Position numbers and translations under genes: made by a program. Positions 57,260-61,643 of a DNA stretch of 61,643 nucleotides are shown here, one piece after another (position 1 is the stretch's first letter; each line of letters opens with the position of its first letter). The stretch is from a virus (taxonomy: Duplodnaviria; Caudoviricetes): the IMG/VR virus record IMGVR_UViG_3300037486_000465, positions 1-61,643 of that record; one strand, given 5' to 3'. The notes under the pieces were generated by a model. It was not told the origin of the DNA and did no database searches. It saw only the letters and a program-made list of their open reading frames with translations.

Positions 57260-58890
57260 TGGCAATAGTATTTAAACCAAGTACATCAACAGTTTCTCAG
57301 CAACCTTCTGATAATACAGGATCTAAATATAGAATATTAACTATATTTGAATCTACTATACAATTGGACGAATTAGCTATAATTAGCGATGAAACCGCTG
57401 ACAGTAAAAAACATAAAATTGAAGATGTAGCTGGTACAGAATTTCCTTTAATAAAAATAAATGATTATCTTTTTAATAGAAAAGAAATTACATCAATGTC
57501 AATTGATGTCACGAATTTTTTACCAAAAATTACATTAACGGTTAATCTTATAGATCAAGTATTTTTAGTAAGAGAAATGCCAAAGGATGGCGATATAATT
57601 TCATTAGCTATAAGAAGCAAAAGCGATATTCTAAAAATTATTCGTAATGATTATGTAATAACTGGAGTTCATGTAGCGGTTACTTCAACAGATGTAAAAG
57701 CGCCTACTATAATAACCTTTTACGGAGAATTATTTGTTCCCGGTTTAAAAAGCCAAGCTAATGATTTTTCTTTTTTAGGGACATCATTTGAAGCATTACA
57801 AGATTTTGCTAAAAGATATGGATTGGGTTTTGCTACTAATGAAGAAAATACTGATGATAAACAAGTATGGTTAAAGGCCAATGTTGCAGCAGATATCTAC
57901 GCAAATGATATTGTTAATAGAGCATGGAAAGATCCTACATCTTTTTATACTTGTTGGATAGATTTATATTATAATTTGAATTTTATTAATGTAAATAAAC
58001 AATTATTGTCTACAGAAGATGAGATAGATCCTGCCGCATTGATAAATAATATTGATAAAGCATGGACATTTGGAGAAAAAAATAAGCCTGAAGAAACTAT
58101 ACCTATGCTTAAATTATTTTCAAATTATGCTAAATTTAAAAATACATCTTTTTATATAAGTGCTTGGCAACCTATAAATAGAGCATCTGAAATTACTTTT
58201 TACGTGGGAACATCAATGATTTGTGAATTATTTGAACACAATAAAAATATATATGAAAATCCTAAAACTAACGAAAATAAAAATTATTGGGCAGTAAAAG
58301 AAGAGCCAATATACGATGAGGCTAAAACATTAGCGTATATTTTACTTAGAGGTAGAGCATCAGGAAAAGTACCAACAGATATAGCAAAAACATTACCACC
58401 AGATGAAAGTAATACATATTCTGCAAAAGCACACAACAGTTTTAAAGATTTATATGAAAAACACCCCTGGCTAGGCACTCAATATACTGTATCAAACCCT
58501 GATGCTGATCATTCTCAATGGGATGGAAATCATCATCGTCAGTATCAACGAGCTAAAGGACATAATTTAATAAATTTAAAAGAATTAGATAAATTAAATA
58601 TTCATATAGAAGTTTATGGAAATAATTTTAATATCATAAAAGGAGATAAAATACCCGTACTTTTATTTAGAACAAACACATTTGAAAATATTATGGTTAG
58701 CGCTGAAACTGGACCACATAGTTATTTGGATTTTTTTTATAGTGGATGGTATTATGTTAAAGGTTTTACAATAAATTGGGAAAATAACAGCAGACCATCT
58801 ATTTCTAGTCAATTTAGTCAAGAATTTGTTTTAACAAGAAGAGAATGGCCAACGCCTATATTAGTTGAACCTATAAAATCAAAAATATAA
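57259..58890 (+). CDS. Putative baseplate hub protein
   Basis: Position after gp53-like gene; W.D.YYNLNF, FYSGWYYV.G, L.RREWP. Confidence 0.55.
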   Translation: MAIVFKPSTSTVSQQPSDNTGSKYRILTIFESTIQLDELAIISDETADSKKHKIEDVAGTEFPLIKINDYLFNRKEITSMSIDVTNFLPKITLTVNLIDQVFLVREMPKDGDIISLAIRSKSDILKIIRNDYVITGVHVAVTSTDVKAPTIITFYGELFVPGLKSQANDFSFLGTSFEALQDFAKRYGLGFATNEENTDDKQVWLKANVAADIYANDIVNRAWKDPTSFYTCWIDLYYNLNFINVNKQLLSTEDEIDPAALINNIDKAWTFGEKNKPEETIPMLKLFSNYAKFKNTSFYISAWQPINRASEITFYVGTSMICELFEHNKNIYENPKTNENKNYWAVKEEPIYDEAKTLAYILLRGRASGKVPTDIAKTLPPDESNTYSAKAHNSFKDLYEKHPWLGTQYTVSNPDADHSQWDGNHHRQYQRAKGHNLINLKELDKLNIHIEVYGNNFNIIKGDKIPVLLFRTNTFENIMVSAETGPHSYLDFFYSGWYYVKGFTINWENNSRPSISSQFSQEFVLTRREWPTPILVEPIKSKI

Positions 58891-58899
58891 TTTTATACA

Positions 58900-61643
58900 A
58901 TGAATATTTATAAGCAATTTAGAAAAATAGACAAAACAGCGGGCCCATTTACTTTCTCAAAAAGATTTGATGAACCTACATATTTTTCTTTTAGATTAAG
59001 ATTTAGCGAAGGAGAAGATAAGTATAATAATTATGCGTCTGATGATAAAAAGAATTATGATAGAATGCCGCATCCACTTTTTTCTACAGATGAGCAAAAA
59101 GGAAAAAGTATAGATTCTGTAAACAATTATTCAGCTATTAGATATTTAAGAGATGCAAATGAACATACTAGAGCAGATATGCTTATAGATTTTATTGAAA
59201 AATTTAATACTTTACAAGATAGTTATCCATATTATTTTCAAGCTATAGAAGGCATTTCAGATTTATTAAAAATTGATACTACTAAAGGACAAAGAATATT
59301 AGATAATAAAAAAATAACGGTAACATGTCTTGAAGCTGTAGATTTAAGAATGAGTTATTTAATGAATCTTTATAGAAAAATTGTATGGGATGATGTTTAT
59401 CAAAGATGGGTACTACCTGATATGATGAGATATTTTACTTTGCAAATTTATCTTGCAGAATTTAGAACATTTCATTTACCACAAACATCTCGTACAAGTT
59501 TAATGAGTGGCTATGGACAATATCAAGATGCAGCAACTAGATCAACAAGATCTTTTGTAAATCCGGGACAAGGTTTATTGAATATGTCAGAAAAGTTCAA
59601 AGATACTCTATCTATGACTAATACGATACCATCGCAACCTCAACTTAATACTGCGCCATTATATTTAACTGTTCTTGATGATATTTTACCTACATGGGAA
59701 ATAACATGTGAAATGTGCGAATTTGATATATCTGATATAACTTTCGATCACTTAGATAATTTAACAGTTGCGGGTGATCCTGCAAAGGGCGGAATAAAAT
59801 TTGGAATAAAAGTCGGAAACATTAAAGAATTTCAAACTTATCCAGTTTTCATGCATAAATTCTTAAGCGATAGAAAATTAAATGCTATTAATAGAGCTAA
59901 AGAATATCCTTCAACTAGAGAAGACGCTAATAATAAATATAGTTATCCTACATCTTTACAAATTGCACAAAATAGAACAGAATTAAGAGAAAGCGTAACA
60001 CAAAGTAATAATCCACATACACCTGGCACACCATATGTTGAAAATGCAAATTCATATAATTTATTTGGAAAAGGTGGGCCTGGCGCAGATAGAATATGGG
60101 GAACTAAAGATGATGATGTAACAAGAGTTGATCCAATGAATCCTAATACATGGGTAGGAAATGCTATGACATGGGGATATAATTATGCTAAAAACTGGAT
60201 TAATAGAGGAATTGATAAACTTAAAATGACTTCTGTTCCTTCATTAGGAATATCTTATGAAGAAGTAAAGGCAGTATTGCAAACCAAAAATATAATTGGA
60301 GCAATAGGCATGATAAGAAAAGGAGTAAATACAGTAGCTCAACAATATGCAAATGCACCATCTTCTAAATTAGAAGAGCCTATTCAAACTGATATTATAA
60401 TGAAACAATTTTTATTAACTTTAAGGGATATACCATTATCAGAAGCTACAGATGATGAATCTCGTCAATTAATTGAAGTTGCTAATCAAATTTTATCAGA
60501 TAAATCTGCTTGGGAAAAAACAATAGAATATTCATTAGCAGAATTACCTTCTCCGGGTATTGGCAAAATTATCGAAAATGCTGATCAATATAAAGCTGCT
60601 ACTGAAAGACAAACGAAAGCATCTTCAGCTTTTGGAAATTTAGAAATTATATCAGGATTAGCTAAAGTAGATTCAAACGCAGTAGGAAGTGAAATAAATC
60701 AAGGACCTGTAATGTTAAGAGGAGTTAGTTCCGAAGATTTAGGTACCATAGTTGCAAAAACGATTGATGATCAAACACAACCATCAGAAAAACTATCATC
60801 TAAAACTGAAATTTCTGGATTAGAATCTGCAGTAGCATCAGAAAAACTATCGTCTAAAACAGAAATTTCTGGATTAGAAACAATTCAGCCTTCAGAAAAA
60901 CTATCGTCAAAGACTGAAACTTCAGGATTAGAATCTGCTGTAGCATCAGAAAAACTATCGTCTAAAACTGAAATATCGGGATTAGAATCTGCAGCAGCAT
61001 CAGAAAAACTATCTTCTAAAACAGAAACTTCTGGATTAGAAACAATTCAGCCTTCAGAAAAACTATCGTCAAAGACTGAAACTTCTGGATTAGAAACAAT
61101 TCAGCCTTCAGAAAAACTATCTTCAAGAGCTGAAACCTCAGGATTAGAATCTGCAGTGCCTTCAGAAAAACTTTCTTCAAGGACTGAAACTTCAGGATTA
61201 GAATCTGCAATGCCTTCAGAAAAACTATCGTCAAGGGCTGAAACTTCAGGATTAGAAACAATTCAGCCTTCAGAAAAATTATCATCTAAAACTGAAACTT
61301 CAGGATTAGAAACAATTCAGCCTTCAGAAAAACTATCATCTAAAACTGAAATTTCTGGATTAGAATCTGCAGTGCCTTCAGAAAAACTATCGTCAAGAAC
61401 TGAAACCTCAGGATTAGAATCTGCTGTAGCATCAGAAAAACTATCATCTAAAACTGAAATCTCAGGATTAGAATCTGCAACACCTTCAGAAAAACTATCT
61501 TCAAGAGCTGAAACTTCAGGATTAGAATCTGCAATGCCTTCAGAAAAACTATTATCAAGAGCCGAAACTTCTGGATTAGAAACAATTCAGCCTTCAGAAA
61601 AACTATCATCAAAGACTGAAACTTCTGGATTAGAATCTGCAAT
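58900..61643 (+). CDS. Large putative tail/baseplate protein with C-terminal 18-aa repeats (3'-truncated; not in ORF track)
   Basis: ATG at 58900 (MNIYKQFRK..FDEPTYFSF..YPYYFQ..CLEAVDLRM..WDD..RWVLPDMMRYF); frame stays open to the window end. Confidence 0.85.
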   Translation, partial: MNIYKQFRKIDKTAGPFTFSKRFDEPTYFSFRLRFSEGEDKYNNYASDDKKNYDRMPHPLFSTDEQKGKSIDSVNNYSAIRYLRDANEHTRADMLIDFIEKFNTLQDSYPYYFQAIEGISDLLKIDTTKGQRILDNKKITVTCLEAVDLRMSYLMNLYRKIVWDDVYQRWVLPDMMRYFTLQIYLAEFRTFHLPQTSRTSLMSGYGQYQDAATRSTRSFVNPGQGLLNMSEKFKDTLSMTNTIPSQPQLNTAPLYLTVLDDILPTWEITCEMCEFDISDITFDHLDNLTVAGDPAKGGIKFGIKVGNIKEFQTYPVFMHKFLSDRKLNAINRAKEYPSTREDANNKYSYPTSLQIAQNRTELRESVTQSNNPHTPGTPYVENANSYNLFGKGGPGADRIWGTKDDDVTRVDPMNPNTWVGNAMTWGYNYAKNWINRGIDKLKMTSVPSLGISYEEVKAVLQTKNIIGAIGMIRKGVNTVAQQYANAPSSKLEEPIQTDIIMKQFLLTLRDIPLSEATDDESRQLIEVANQILSDKSAWEKTIEYSLAELPSPGIGKIIENADQYKAATERQTKASSAFGNLEIISGLAKVDSNAVGSEINQGPVMLRGVSSEDLGTIVAKTIDDQTQPSEKLSSKTEISGLESAVASEKLSSKTEISGLETIQPSEKLSSKTETSGLESAVASEKLSSKTEISGLESAAASEKLSSKTETSGLETIQPSEKLSSKTETSGLETIQPSEKLSSRAETSGLESAVPSEKLSSRTETSGLESAMPSEKLSSRAETSGLETIQPSEKLSSKTETSGLETIQPSEKLSSKTEISGLESAVPSEKLSSRTETSGLESAVASEKLSSKTEISGLESATPSEKLSSRAETSGLESAMPSEKLLSRAETSGLETIQPSEKLSSKTETSGLESA
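60784..61643 (+). repeat. 54-bp coding tandem repeat, 16 units (last one truncated)
   Basis: Units start every 54 nt from 60784 to 61594; consensus SEKLSS[KR][TA]E[TI]SGLE(SAx[AP]|TIQP). Confidence 0.95.

Noticed and set aside
232-61642. Short antisense or nested ORFs in the track (e.g. 13443-13829, 34637-34954, 55114-55422, 61016-61285)
   Set aside because: They are shadows of well-supported genes on the other strand or frame
60784-61643. Possible CRISPR array
   Set aside because: No unique spacers; contiguous 54-bp units in frame with a protein, with synonymous-type variation
1-61643. Stop-codon reassignment (as in some Bacteroidota phages)
   Set aside because: Coding density is high in code 11, and both TAG and TGA end recognisable full-length genes

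Overview
AT-rich fragment of a large T4-like (jumbo) tailed-phage genome in the standard genetic code. The host is probably Bacteroidota (TAnnTTTG promoter, DUF4494-like gene, no Shine-Dalgarno motifs seen). Layout: (1) 3' part of a gp23-type major capsid gene. (2) A ~33 kb minus-strand island (1108-34242) bounded by terminators. It encodes about 17 putative glycosyltransferases, about 9 methyltransferases, NDP-sugar enzymes (RfbH-type dehydratase, split transketolase, C-methyltransferase, UGD, epimerases), two radical SAM enzymes, a T4-like DNA alpha-glucosyltransferase and an HNH homing endonuclease. (3) Putative internal head proteins with capsid-targeting-like N-termini, including a SET-domain protein and an HExxH protease. 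(4) A cloverleaf RNA with exact tRNA stem geometry but non-canonical loops, upstream of a KamA-family aminomutase. (5) A DNA-modification operon: atypical C5-cytosine MTase, dNMP kinase, Gmd, NDT-fold protein, Fcl and a T4 gp42-like dCMP hydroxymethylase. (6) Baseplate/tail genes ending in an ORF missing from the track that carries 16 Ser/Thr-rich 18-aa repeats. Best candidates for new biology: a multi-step hmC DNA hypermodification system whose enzymes share a C-terminal K-[ST]-x-x-L-[FL] tail, a virion glycosylation pathway, and the tRNA-mimic RNA. All family assignments come from motif recognition by eye and memory; no searches were run.
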